A stretch of DNA of 64,000 nucleotides from Spirochaetota bacterium (GCA_031283155.1 JAITCI010000020.1:27414-91413), one strand, 5' to 3'; shown: positions 48,425 to 58,598, counted from the stretch's first letter. Program-made: numbers and translations. Notes: generated by a model not told the origin, from the sequence alone.

Positions 48425-51007
48425 CTATTTTCGCGCGGCGGCTTCCTCTTCATCCAGAATCTTTACTTCCGCAGCGCTCAAAAATTTTCTTCGCATAAAA
48501 TGTTCCAGCATCGCGGGCAGAATGATGACCGATGTCAGCCAGAGCATCATCATACCCAAAACGGCCAGCGTCCCGATGGAACGCAGCCCCGGATGCGCTG
48601 CGATGATCATGCCCGCATACCCCAGCATGGTGGTAAATGTACACAGAAAGAGCGGGATAAAAAGTTCACTCGCCGCTTTCATCGTATGCCCGTGATACTC
48701 TTTCCAGCGCGTAAACATATGGACGCCGTTATCGACGCCCATGCCCAGAAGCGCGGGAATCATAATGACGTTAAACAGATTCAGATTCATACTGAGAAGC
48801 ACCATAGCGCCAAAGGTAAATACGAGGCCGCTGATAAGCGGAATCATAACAAAAAGGGATTCGCGCACGGTCTTTAACTCCAGCCAAACCAGAATAAAAA
48901 TTCCGATAAAGGTTAAACTCACAACCCACCATATCTCGCCCTTGACGATCCTGACTATCTCGGCAAACACCGGAACCTCGCCCACCGGACCCCACACCCC
49001 GCCGATACCCAGGCGCTCCCGCTCCGCCTGCGATTCGGGAACAAGCTGATATATCTCGTCGGTAAACCGGAGGGAGTGCGCGGCGACCTTGCGGTCAACG
49101 GAGGGAAAGACCGCCACGAGATATCTGGCCGCGCCGTCCTTGGAGAGAAGCGGGGTGCATATAATTTCGGGAAGCTCGCTGAAGGCAGGCGGCAGGGGAT
49201 TCAGTTCCCCGTTCCAGTCGCGCATCTCGCGTATCCAGCGTTTCCGGTCAGGATTTTCGATCCTGTCGATCCAGACGCCTTCGCGCATTTCCTCCTGGAC
49301 GTCCCTAAGAAGAGCGCGGCGCTCGTGCCAGAGTTTGCCATTCGGATCAGGGGTATAATCGCGCAGGCTGCGCGCCCGCTCGATGGTTGTGGTATTGGTT
49401 GTATAGCTTACCACGGGCGCGCCATGAACCATATTTGTTACAGGATCTGTAAGCCAGGTATTTTCGTGGATGCGCTTGTCAAATATTTCCAGGAGGCGAT
49501 CCAGGTTTTCGGTATCGTCCGCCAGAAATATCGCGCCGGGAGAGAAGGTACTCGAATAGACCTTATTGTGCGCCATCCGTGAATCGCGCGCATTCCTCGC
49601 CGCGTCTGTTTCATGCAGCCCGGCAATCGCGCTGCGATCAAATTCCAGATTTCTGAAGCTCGCGTCAAACTGCAGTCCGCTTGCGCCTATAATCAGGCAA
49701 ATGCCCATCAAACCAAGAGCCATCAGCGTCCAGCGGCGCGAAAGGACTATGGCCTTCTCGCTGCGGTGATCGCGCGCGCGGATAAATCCGAAACGATGCG
49801 CGACGACCAGCATCGGCGGCATACACACAACCATGGAAGCCAAAATGCACGCGAGAACCATCGCGCTGATGATCCCAAATTCCGAGAAACCGCGAAAACT
49901 CGAGACCGACAGGATAGAGAGCGCAAACGCTGTAGTGAAACCCGAAACAAGCACCGATGGCCCCGTATTGCGGTAGGCCGACGCGAGCGCCTCCGCGAAG
50001 GGCTTCTCAAACATCTCCTGCTCCACGCGCTTAACCAGGTGGATCGCGTAATCTATGCCCATGCCGGTGAGGATTATGATAAGAAAAGCGGTTATAAGGT
50101 TCAGGCTCCGGATGGTACTCGGGATAAAAGCGAACCCCCAGGCCATCCCCACGATGAGCGGTATGAGTACAACAAGCGCCGTGCGGATAGAGCGAAAACC
50201 CAGCGCTGTCACCAGAAGAATCAGACAGCCGGAGATCAGGGTCGCGTGTCCAATATCGTCATTGATAAGATTGAACTCGTCGGTCTTGTTGCGATGGGAA
50301 CCCGCGATACCTATCTCCACCGGAAATTCTTTTGCAATCCCCGCCGCCACATTCGTAAGCCCTTTGTAGAGATCGACGACCTCCTGAAATTCGTCAATGC
50401 CATTGGATGTACGGATTATGATCCCCAGGTTTTTGCCGTCGGCGGAGAAATGGTAGGGCGAAAGCGAGGCGAATTGGCGGATATCCCCCTCGATGGCCTC
50501 CTCGCCGGGGCTTTGCACATTAACTTCGGTATCGTCCGGATCCGCCGTATCGCCTCCAAGCAGGTTCACGCCTGCCGGAGAGAGTTCCGATTTCCAGCCG
50601 AGTATCTTGTCGTAGATCTGCTCCAGATAGTCATTCGGAATCAGATGGTAGCGGTACTGCCTGAAAAATTCCACCGGCCACTCATACTCTACTGTATAAA
50701 CGCCCTTCAGCGGCCGGATCTGCCGCGCCGCCTCGTCCGCCGCCTGCACCAGGGTATTGCTCTCATCGGAGGTGAGTATCATGGTAAAATACCCGCCGTC
50801 CCCGGTAATAGCGGAAAAAGTGCGGGTATTTTTGGAGGCGCGGCTGTTTGTGGGCAGAAGGCGAACCAGGTTCGGGTCGATAAAGATCTTCTGCACTTCA
50901 AGCACGGCGGGGATGGTAATAAGCGCGATGACAGCCAGTATCCGGTACGGGCATCTCAAGGAATACTGACAGATAGCCAGCATGATTTTTTTGAGAAAAC
51001 TATACAT
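48425..51007 (-). CDS. MMPL/RND-superfamily exporter (paralog 2)
   Basis: 860 aa. Collinear with and highly similar to paralog 1 throughout (e.g. an identical MY[TS]FLKKIML N-terminus). Confidence 0.8.
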   Translation of the reverse strand: MYSFLKKIMLAICQYSLRCPYRILAVIALITIPAVLEVQKIFIDPNLVRLLPTNSRASKNTRTFSAITGDGGYFTMILTSDESNTLVQAADEAARQIRPLKGVYTVEYEWPVEFFRQYRYHLIPNDYLEQIYDKILGWKSELSPAGVNLLGGDTADPDDTEVNVQSPGEEAIEGDIRQFASLSPYHFSADGKNLGIIIRTSNGIDEFQEVVDLYKGLTNVAAGIAKEFPVEIGIAGSHRNKTDEFNLINDDIGHATLISGCLILLVTALGFRSIRTALVVLIPLIVGMAWGFAFIPSTIRSLNLITAFLIIILTGMGIDYAIHLVKRVEQEMFEKPFAEALASAYRNTGPSVLVSGFTTAFALSILSVSSFRGFSEFGIISAMVLACILASMVVCMPPMLVVAHRFGFIRARDHRSEKAIVLSRRWTLMALGLMGICLIIGASGLQFDASFRNLEFDRSAIAGLHETDAARNARDSRMAHNKVYSSTFSPGAIFLADDTENLDRLLEIFDKRIHENTWLTDPVTNMVHGAPVVSYTTNTTTIERARSLRDYTPDPNGKLWHERRALLRDVQEEMREGVWIDRIENPDRKRWIREMRDWNGELNPLPPAFSELPEIICTPLLSKDGAARYLVAVFPSVDRKVAAHSLRFTDEIYQLVPESQAERERLGIGGVWGPVGEVPVFAEIVRIVKGEIWWVVSLTFIGIFILVWLELKTVRESLFVMIPLISGLVFTFGAMVLLSMNLNLFNVIMIPALLGMGVDNGVHMFTRWKEYHGHTMKAASELFIPLFLCTFTTMLGYAGMIIAAHPGLRSIGTLAVLGMMMLWLTSVIILPAMLEHFMRRKFLSAAEVKILDEEEAAARK

Positions 51008-51100
51008 TTCCTAAAGATACAAAATTTACGACGTGCGGGGCGCGCGCGGTACGATACTTACGGCGCTTTTTTGACAGAATATGCGACCGGCGTGCTTTTT

Positions 51101-51724
51101 TCAGTCCGAGATGCGGTACTGCGCGACCGTCTGCTCGACCTGCCGTATCGCCGCCGCCACGCCCTTGGCGCTGACGATCTTTTTGAACTGTCCCTGATAA
51201 TTCCGGATGGTACTTGTCCCGTCCGTGAAATAATTGATGATCACCCAGCGCCCGTCTTTTTGGGTCAGAGTGTAGTCGAGCGCGATCCGCTCCGTGCCGC
51301 CGTTCTTTTTGCTGTATATGGCTGTCGTGCTGACCGTCACATTCGCGCCTGCGGCTTTTTCCCCGCCGTACTCAAAATTATCGGCGTTGTACCGCCCCAT
51401 TTTTTTGACCGAAGAGAGCAGGAGCAGCTCCTCAAATGCCTTTTTGAATGCGGCGCGCTGGGCGGGCGTCGTATCCGCCGGGAAAACCGTCAATACCGCG
51501 TCCGACATGGCTGAAAAATCCGTCGCCGGCTCGATAATGGCTCTGAGCTTTTTTTCGGTGGCGTCGTCCAGCTTGTTGCCCGCATTGGCGTTCAGAACCT
51601 CTTTAACCTTTTCGTTTGAGTCGCGAATCGCATCAAGCGGCGCGCCGGCAAAAAGCACCCCCGCAGAGAGCATGAGTCCAAGAGCCAAAATACCTACAGC
51701 CTTAGTTGAGAGTAACTTTTTCAT
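51101..51724 (-). CDS. MlaC/Ttg2D-like periplasmic lipid-binding protein
   Basis: Signal peptide. ~200 aa, with an MlaC-family pattern. Confidence 0.6.
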   Translation of the reverse strand: MKKLLSTKAVGILALGLMLSAGVLFAGAPLDAIRDSNEKVKEVLNANAGNKLDDATEKKLRAIIEPATDFSAMSDAVLTVFPADTTPAQRAAFKKAFEELLLLSSVKKMGRYNADNFEYGGEKAAGANVTVSTTAIYSKKNGGTERIALDYTLTQKDGRWVIINYFTDGTSTIRNYQGQFKKIVSAKGVAAAIRQVEQTVAQYRISD

Positions 51725-53045
51725 TTTTCATCCACTCCTCGTATTTTTTGATGTCCCCAAGAACAAGCGCCAGACGAGCAAGCGCTATCTGTGTCCTGAG
51801 TTCGCACTGCACCTCTTCAGCTTCGGTTTCGTACTGCATTCTGAAACCGCTAATCACGGTATTCGGCGTGTCCAGACCGAGATCGTAGTTCTCGAGGGCG
51901 AGACGCGCGAATGTTTTTGCAGCGGAGAGCGAATCGCGGATATTCGCAAGATTGGTATACTCCTGCCGCAGACCGGATACCGCCTTTTCCAGGTCAAGCC
52001 GTACCCTTTCTTCCGCATACTTCAGCCCATGCCGCAGCGCATCGAGATCGCTTTTCGCGAGTTCCGCCTCCGTGTCCACCCTCCAGAAGTCCAAACGCCA
52101 CCTTAGCCCTATAAAAGCACCGACACCCTTTGAGTTATAATCGTCACTACTTGGGCGGTTACTTGCGTAGCGCATCCGCAAACCGCCGCCGATGAACAGA
52201 TCGGGCAGGGCGTTTGCTTTTTCGACGGACAGCTTCGCGTCTGCGGCCTGAATCGCCGAGCGCATCTTGCGCAGTTCCGGGCTGCGCTCCGTTACCCGCT
52301 GAAGCAGGCGGGTGATATTGGGCGTCGCATCGTCAAATTCGGGGAGCGGGCTTTCGGCGGCGCGTAACTCGCGCCCCTCGTCCCGCCCCATAGCGATGTT
52401 GAGGGCGCGCATCAGGTTGGTATATTCCCCGGATGTACTGGTATACATTTTATGAACCTGCCAGGAGCGCGCGCGCAGTTCCAGGCGATCCATCTCCGTG
52501 ATGGTACCGTCCTCTTTTTCGATCTCCTCGTCGGCCTTTTCGACAAGCGAATCAAATTTGCCTTTCATATCCTCGGCCACAGCCAGCCCTCTTTGGGCAG
52601 CCGCAAAACCGCGATACAGGCAGATCAGCTCAAAAACGGCCTTATCGCGGGTATCCGCAAAATTATCCTGTTCGTACGCCAGCCCATGCCGCGCGAGTTC
52701 CTCGGCGCTGCCGATCTTGCCAAAGGTTAAAATGGGCTGCACAAAGGAGAGTTCGTTTTGGGTAAACACACCCCAGCCGCTGAGTTCAAAGGGATCGGAG
52801 CCGGGGAGGACGCCTCCGGTAGAGGTGAGATCAAATTTCGTGAGATACTTAAGCTCGTTGACCTTGGTTATCTGCAGGCGCGCCTTCTCCACGCGGGCTT
52901 CCGCCGCCTTAATCCCCGGATTCTCGCGCAGCACCGTGGCGAGTACGTCGCCGAGAAGAATCAGCTCGCCCTCCGCAGCGCCAAGAAAGACCGGAAATAT
53001 AATGACCATAATAATCCGGGAAAAAATGTGTGAAAAAAGGCGCAT
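51702..53045 (-). CDS. TolC-family outer-membrane efflux protein
   Basis: Signal peptide. Two OEP-repeat-like halves. Overlaps the downstream MlaC-like gene by 23 nt. Confidence 0.75.
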   Translation of the reverse strand: MRLFSHIFSRIIMVIIFPVFLGAAEGELILLGDVLATVLRENPGIKAAEARVEKARLQITKVNELKYLTKFDLTSTGGVLPGSDPFELSGWGVFTQNELSFVQPILTFGKIGSAEELARHGLAYEQDNFADTRDKAVFELICLYRGFAAAQRGLAVAEDMKGKFDSLVEKADEEIEKEDGTITEMDRLELRARSWQVHKMYTSTSGEYTNLMRALNIAMGRDEGRELRAAESPLPEFDDATPNITRLLQRVTERSPELRKMRSAIQAADAKLSVEKANALPDLFIGGGLRMRYASNRPSSDDYNSKGVGAFIGLRWRLDFWRVDTEAELAKSDLDALRHGLKYAEERVRLDLEKAVSGLRQEYTNLANIRDSLSAAKTFARLALENYDLGLDTPNTVISGFRMQYETEAEEVQCELRTQIALARLALVLGDIKKYEEWMKNEKVTLN

Positions 53046-53124
53046 CAGCGCACCCCTGCCATTTTATGGGAAATACCGGAAATAAAGACACAATTCCGGT
53101 ACGAATATCAGCTTTCCTGTAAAA

Positions 53125-54957
53125 CTAGTCCGGCGGATTCCGCAAGTCAAGAGGCGTCCTTGACCAATTTTCAGGTTCATATACAGCAGCGATGGCATTC
53201 GTCCAGACTTCGGTATACCCGCCCTCCTGTATCAATTCCATTGTTAAGGCATGAAGAGTGGGGCGCGGCGCCGCCCATTGGGTTTGCAGCCACTGCGCGG
53301 CATAGGGATCGGGGAGCGGCCAGTTCCGCGCTGCGGTAATTGCGCGGACGTAAATAATCAGGGGATATTCGCGGTGTACCCCGCGCGCCCAGGAAAAAGC
53401 GTTTGTCAATCTGGAATGCGAAAAAAGCGCATGGGGCATGGAAAACCCCAGATACGGGATACACTCTGTAACATAAGTCAGGAGAGGCGCGAAGGGTATA
53501 AGCACAGCCTTTCCTTTCAGATCGTAGCGCGCGAGGTAATCGGTGAGTTCGTTTAGTGCGTCCGCGCGCGCCTTGTTTGTATGTATACCGCGAAGATTTG
53601 GGTGATGGAGGCTGTGTACGAGCTTCAGCCTGTTTGCCTGATCCCTGTCGGTTTGGGTAAAGGCATACGCCGCTGTAAAAACCCATGCCGGAACAAGTAT
53701 TGACCAGAAGAGCGCCCGGGCATAAACGGAAAATCTGCCAAAATAAAATGCCTGCGCATTTCCCGCGCGAAAAACAGTGCCCAGCGCAAGCGGCAAAGCA
53801 AGCCAAAGACCAAATTTGGCGTTCCACCAAACCTGATCTGAACCCAGAGGAAGGAGGAAGGCTATTCCAAACACGACAAGACAGATGTGCGCCCATCTGT
53901 TTCGCAGAAATTGCCCGGGAAGCGAAAAAAGAATAATGCCCGCGAGAAAGAGCGCAAACGCAAATATGTACAGCGGAAAAGATATAAGCTGCTTGCCATT
54001 TCCCAGTTCCTGTTCGATGAGGTACATGGGCAGATGAACGAGAAAGAAAGCCGCAATACATGGCAGCAGGCGCGCCCGCCAGTCATCGCGCCTGGACAGC
54101 AGACGCGAGAAAAGCGTATAAAAAGCGGCGAGCGCAAGAATTGTTCCCGCAACCTTCGCGGTGTCCGAGAGGAAACGTTTTGCAAGGTATGAGAATTTAT
54201 GATATGGACCCATATCGCCAAAAAGAGTAGCCTTAATTCCGTTCAGGAAAATTTCTTCCTGCCCAAGCAGAATAACTATCACCCCCGTAAACACACATCC
54301 GGCAATGAACCCCAAAAAAGACCACACGAAAGAGCGCAGCATGGCACCCGTGCCGAGATGAGACCGGATATACGCAAGGGGTATGAGAAAAAGCAGGATA
54401 CCGGCAATACTCGGTATACGCGCAAAAACAGTGAGACTCATGCACAGACCGGCAAAAAAGAAATTCTCCGCGCGTCCATTCCGGAAAGTCCGAAGCAGAA
54501 AAAATGCGGTACAGACATACAGAAACGCAGGGAAATTATTATAGTTGATAAGCTGCATGGTTGGAGTGATCGCGAGCACGGCAAGGGCAAGGCCAAAGAG
54601 GAGCGGACGCCGCGCAACAAAAAAAGGGCGCAGGCTTTTGTACGCGATCCATGCGGTAGCCCATGCTATAAAAGCGAAAAGTAACTTAAAAGAAAAAACC
54701 CCCAGCCGGCCAAAGAGCGCGTGCCAAACCCCGCCGAAGATCTCTGTGAGATATATGGAAGCAAGGGGGAACACCCCCCCATTTTCACCGGAAAGGTTAA
54801 GGGCAGGGTCAAAACTGAGGGCGTCGCGGTATTTAACAGCCCAAAATCCAAAATCGCCCATATCAAGACCCTGAAAGATCGTCAGCAGCGGGTACACCAG
54901 TATAATGATTATAAAAACCGAGTCCGGACAAAAGAAACGGCGGTGTACTCCAGACAT
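53125..54957 (-). CDS. large polytopic membrane protein, possibly a GT-C-type glycosyltransferase or polymerase
   Basis: >10 predicted TM helices across ~610 aa. Sits in a glycan-biosynthesis neighbourhood. The start was set at an internal Met (the ORF extends to 55062). Confidence 0.5.
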   Translation of the reverse strand: MSGVHRRFFCPDSVFIIIILVYPLLTIFQGLDMGDFGFWAVKYRDALSFDPALNLSGENGGVFPLASIYLTEIFGGVWHALFGRLGVFSFKLLFAFIAWATAWIAYKSLRPFFVARRPLLFGLALAVLAITPTMQLINYNNFPAFLYVCTAFFLLRTFRNGRAENFFFAGLCMSLTVFARIPSIAGILLFLIPLAYIRSHLGTGAMLRSFVWSFLGFIAGCVFTGVIVILLGQEEIFLNGIKATLFGDMGPYHKFSYLAKRFLSDTAKVAGTILALAAFYTLFSRLLSRRDDWRARLLPCIAAFFLVHLPMYLIEQELGNGKQLISFPLYIFAFALFLAGIILFSLPGQFLRNRWAHICLVVFGIAFLLPLGSDQVWWNAKFGLWLALPLALGTVFRAGNAQAFYFGRFSVYARALFWSILVPAWVFTAAYAFTQTDRDQANRLKLVHSLHHPNLRGIHTNKARADALNELTDYLARYDLKGKAVLIPFAPLLTYVTECIPYLGFSMPHALFSHSRLTNAFSWARGVHREYPLIIYVRAITAARNWPLPDPYAAQWLQTQWAAPRPTLHALTMELIQEGGYTEVWTNAIAAVYEPENWSRTPLDLRNPPD

Positions 54958-55119
54958 ATCCTGCCTCCTGCTCAAAGCCAAACCCTTCCTAAAAATACAA
55001 AAGTGTATATCCAGAGTGAAAACGATTGCCGCAGCCCGGCAAAAACGGAAGCGGAGCACCATTTTTGTAGACGCGAAAAAAAGGCCGCGTTACACTCAAA
55101 CAACAGAGAAGCGGAGTGC

Positions 55120-56919
55120 ATGATGGAGCGCAACTATACACTGATTGCGGTAATTACCGGCGCGGCGTTTTTATTCCTGTGGATTTTACCCTATCTGGTT
55201 TTGGGCGAAGACGCGCATATAACGCTCCACGACAATCTGGATTCTGAAATTATTTTTAACCAACTGGGCGCGAAATATTTTTTTGACTTAAGCGGTACGA
55301 TCCCCGAATTTATCAATCTGGATGCGCGCGCGCTCAACACCTTTTCGACGTTTCAGCTTTTGCTGTACGCATTCCTGCCGCCATTTCAGGCATATATATT
55401 AAATGAATGTATCGTCAGATTGGCAGCGTATGCGGGGATGTATTTGCTTTTGAGCCTGATTTGTACACGTCATTTCCGCGAAGAGCGCCCGCCGTCAGGC
55501 AATCCCTGGATGCTTGTGACGCTTGCCGTTTCCGTGCTTTTTGCGTGGCTTCCGTTTTACAGTGTGTATGGTTTAACGGTCGCCGGAATGCCAATGCTGG
55601 CATGGGCGTTTTATAATGTTTTTTTGCATGGCTGCGGGAGGGATCCGAAGACTGTCTCTTCCCGTAAATTAAAATTTTGCTTTTTGTGTATCGCGTTTTT
55701 TGGTTTTGGGAGCGCTCTGATCTTAAGCGGCTGGTTTATCCTTCTCATTTTGTCCGGGTTGTGCGCCTATTTCCTGTGCAAGCAGCAATTCCGCAAAAAA
55801 CAGATATATTTTTATCTGGCCGCAGCGCTCCTGCTGGCGGTGTATGCCGCGTGTAACCTAAAACTGATTATGCTCATGCTTTCGGGTTATCAATCGCACC
55901 GCGAGATTTGGGAAACTCTGGAGACAAAAAATTTCAGCGGGATGATACTCTGGTTTTTTGCTGTTTTCGGAATAGGGCGGCCGCACGCGGGTGGGCATTA
56001 TACCTTCATTGTATTGATATGCGCGGCGGCGTTTTTTTATGGATGGTTTAAGGACAAGAAAAACAAAATATGGCAATGGCTCTCATGGGTTGTATTGCTC
56101 AACGTAATTATTGCGGCGGCGAATGCGCTGCTTGCGGCCACCATCGTCGGCAAAATCATAATCGCGTCAGGCCTGGGGCGTTTTCGCGCGGCAAGGCTGT
56201 TCTTCATGATGCCGTTTACATGGTATACGGCGGGCGCTTTGGCTCTGGCGTTTATATGGGAAAAAATTGCGGGAAACGGAAACGCGGCCAGGTTAAAGCT
56301 GGCCCGGGCTGTAACAATTTGCGTATGCGCGCTGGCGTTTGTTCTTGTGTCCGCCATCCCGTGGCCGCACAGCCATGTTGCGGGGTTAACCAATTACGCG
56401 GTTATGCTGGGCGCTGCTGCCGGCGGCCCGTCGTGGAGAGAATTTTATGACGTAAACCTTTTCAAAACCATAGATGACGCAATCGGCCGCGACAAAACAA
56501 CATACCGCACAGGGTCGATTGGCCTGCCCCCCGCAATAGCGATATATAACGGATTTTACACCGTGGACGCGTTCTCGCAAAATTACAGTCTGGAATACTG
56601 GCGTACGTTTCGCGGCGTTATCGCGGGGGAACTTGCGCGCAATCCTGCCATGGACGCCAATTTTTACTGGGGGAATCAGTGCTATTTATTCGCAAGCGAA
56701 ATTTATGAACACCGCTCCTGGAATCTGGGGATGTACAATAAAAATTCCACAGCGGTGATTACAACTCTGGATTATGATATACAGGCGCTTAGAAACGTCC
56801 TCGGCTGCGAATACATTTTTTCCGCCGTACCCATCCTGACGCCGCCCGCCGAACTGGAATATGTGGATTATTTTGAAGGCGCTTATCTGGGGATTTATCT
56901 CTACAAAGTAATTATCTGA
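55120..56919 (+). CDS. large polytopic membrane protein (hypothetical, ~600 aa)
   Basis: Many TM helices and a C-terminal soluble region. The start was set at MMERNYT, because the upstream part of the ORF overlaps the divergent gene. Confidence 0.55.
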   Translation: MMERNYTLIAVITGAAFLFLWILPYLVLGEDAHITLHDNLDSEIIFNQLGAKYFFDLSGTIPEFINLDARALNTFSTFQLLLYAFLPPFQAYILNECIVRLAAYAGMYLLLSLICTRHFREERPPSGNPWMLVTLAVSVLFAWLPFYSVYGLTVAGMPMLAWAFYNVFLHGCGRDPKTVSSRKLKFCFLCIAFFGFGSALILSGWFILLILSGLCAYFLCKQQFRKKQIYFYLAAALLLAVYAACNLKLIMLMLSGYQSHREIWETLETKNFSGMILWFFAVFGIGRPHAGGHYTFIVLICAAAFFYGWFKDKKNKIWQWLSWVVLLNVIIAAANALLAATIVGKIIIASGLGRFRAARLFFMMPFTWYTAGALALAFIWEKIAGNGNAARLKLARAVTICVCALAFVLVSAIPWPHSHVAGLTNYAVMLGAAAGGPSWREFYDVNLFKTIDDAIGRDKTTYRTGSIGLPPAIAIYNGFYTVDAFSQNYSLEYWRTFRGVIAGELARNPAMDANFYWGNQCYLFASEIYEHRSWNLGMYNKNSTAVITTLDYDIQALRNVLGCEYIFSAVPILTPPAELEYVDYFEGAYLGIYLYKVII

Positions 56920-56937
56920 ATTTCGCCGGTATACTAT

Positions 56938-57564
56938 TTATTCGTAATTGTATTTATAATTGTCATAGTCATTTCTGATTTCATCCTCAGAAACGGCTTC
57001 CTTTCTTTTACAAACCATTAAGGAATCCACACCATCGAGTATTTGTATATATTTTTTTACAATATGGTAATACGGCCTGTTCCAGAAATCGTGAATGATA
57101 ATTACTGTATTTTCACTTGTTTCCAGCAGCGTCTTTAAGCAGCACGCCGCGCGAAACCGTCCGTCTATCAATACGGCGTCGGCCAGCCTTATTTCTGCGT
57201 ATTGCTCAAAAGGTTTTTGGGAGTAATTCAAAAATCTTTCCCTGTTATCCCCTTTGGCAGTTATAACCGGAGTTCCCCATTTACCGGTTTTGCCAATATC
57301 CGCATGAATCAGATGAAGCTGTCCGGATAGTTCGCTCTTTAATATGATTTCGTATTTTTGTTTCATCTTTTCTATCCAGCCTTTGTCCGATTCCACTGAA
57401 TATACTTTTCTGCCGCTATTGGTCAGCGCGGCGATTGTCGAACCGCCGGATCCGAATTCCAGATATATTTTTGCGCCGCAGATATATTTTTTGAATAATT
57501 CCCGCTCATTTTCAGTCATCGCCCACGTAAAATTTTTGTTCCGTGCCTTGCAGAATACAGACAT
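56938..57564 (-). CDS. class I SAM-dependent methyltransferase
   Basis: Motif I LEFGSGGST. Noticeably low-GC relative to its neighbours. Confidence 0.6.
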   Translation of the reverse strand: MSVFCKARNKNFTWAMTENERELFKKYICGAKIYLEFGSGGSTIAALTNSGRKVYSVESDKGWIEKMKQKYEIILKSELSGQLHLIHADIGKTGKWGTPVITAKGDNRERFLNYSQKPFEQYAEIRLADAVLIDGRFRAACCLKTLLETSENTVIIIHDFWNRPYYHIVKKYIQILDGVDSLMVCKRKEAVSEDEIRNDYDNYKYNYE

Positions 57565-57751
57565 ATCCGATCCCTCGCTTGCGTTTTCCGCAGCACGGGA
57601 CAGTATCTTCTGTATCAGCTTTTATATAGAGATATATCCTCCGCGCGCGGATTATTTTCCCAATACCGCTCATTGAGCGTCCAGTGCGATCCCAATTCAA
57701 AATCATACGCGCGGGGCTCAAAACGCCCAAAGCCGGCGTCCGAATAATTGG

Positions 57752-58594
57752 TTAGCTCGCCAAAATAGATAGTACCCCCCCCCCCCCCGTATCATGATCA
57801 TACAAATCCACGCGAATATGATCAAAATCCTGCGCAAGTTCTTCCGCAAGCCGGAGCATCTTTTTCAGATTTTTTGGGCGGGGGCGAAGCTCGCCGCATG
57901 GACATTCGAGCGTGAGATCGAGCGGATTCCAGCCGCAATCGTACATATTTATTGTATGCTCCGCAAAGCGATCAACATCCACCCGGATCATGCGGCAGCG
58001 TCCATGGATCATAAAAAACTTATAGTCGCAGGGCGGCTTTCCGTCCTTGCCGGCGAGAAGCTCCTCAACGAGAATGCGCCGGGGGATACCCTGATATGCC
58101 CACTGGTACTTAAAAACGCCATACGAATGGCGCAGCCAGCTGCGGCAGAGCGCAATGAGTTTCTTTGGGTCTTCCCGATCCTTATCATGAACGAGATAAT
58201 TCATCCCGCAGGAATGATTGGCCTTCAGCGCGAAAGAACGCGGCAGCCGCCCAAACGGGATGGTCTCCGGGGAATCCGTGGCATACAAAAGCGGAATGAG
58301 GATCTCCGCAGCGCGTTCCTTCCCAAGAAGCGTCTCGATATACTTTCGTACCCGCAGCTTATCGGTGACAACCGGAAGGAGCGGATTACGGTCAAAATGC
58401 TTTTTCCAGATAATCTTCTCGTTATAACTCTCCGGATTCTCCAGCTTAAGCGGATAGCCGTGCGCGCGCTGAAACTGCGCCCTCTCTATGGCTTTGCCGG
58501 CGAAAAAATCAAGCGCGTGAAACGCCGCCAGCCTGATCAGATACGCCGCGCCCGAATCCCACACCCGTTTCCATACAGTCCTTTTGTGTACCAT
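57752..58594 (-). CDS. TupA-like ATP-grasp amidoligase, C-terminally truncated in this frame by a homopolymeric tract (phase-OFF, or an assembly error)
   Basis: The YNEKI(I/L)WKK ... FALKANHSCG pattern matches the ATPgrasp_TupA family. A G14 run in the coding strand is followed 8 codons later by a stop. The +1 frame continues with IYFGELT...FEPRAYDFELG for ~50 more codons. Confidence 0.6.
   Translation of the reverse strand: MVHKRTVWKRVWDSGAAYLIRLAAFHALDFFAGKAIERAQFQRAHGYPLKLENPESYNEKIIWKKHFDRNPLLPVVTDKLRVRKYIETLLGKERAAEILIPLLYATDSPETIPFGRLPRSFALKANHSCGMNYLVHDKDREDPKKLIALCRSWLRHSYGVFKYQWAYQGIPRRILVEELLAGKDGKPPCDYKFFMIHGRCRMIRVDVDRFAEHTINMYDCGWNPLDLTLECPCGELRPRPKNLKKMLRLAEELAQDFDHIRVDLYDHDTGGGGVLSILAS
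57775..57788. repeat. homopolymeric C14 tract (G14 on the coding strand) inside the ATP-grasp gene
   Basis: Direct count in the sequence: 14 consecutive C on the + strand. Confidence 0.9.
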
Positions 58595-58598
58595 AAGG

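Noticed and set aside
49613-51514. 633-aa + ORF (similarly 47123..48319 +)
   Set aside because: Both are antisense shadows of the MMPL exporter genes, with Arg/His-rich low-complexity translations.
54721-55119. N-terminal 133 codons of the 732-aa + ORF
   Set aside because: They overlap the divergent minus-strand membrane-protein gene. The hydrophobic N-terminus begins at MMERNYT (55120).
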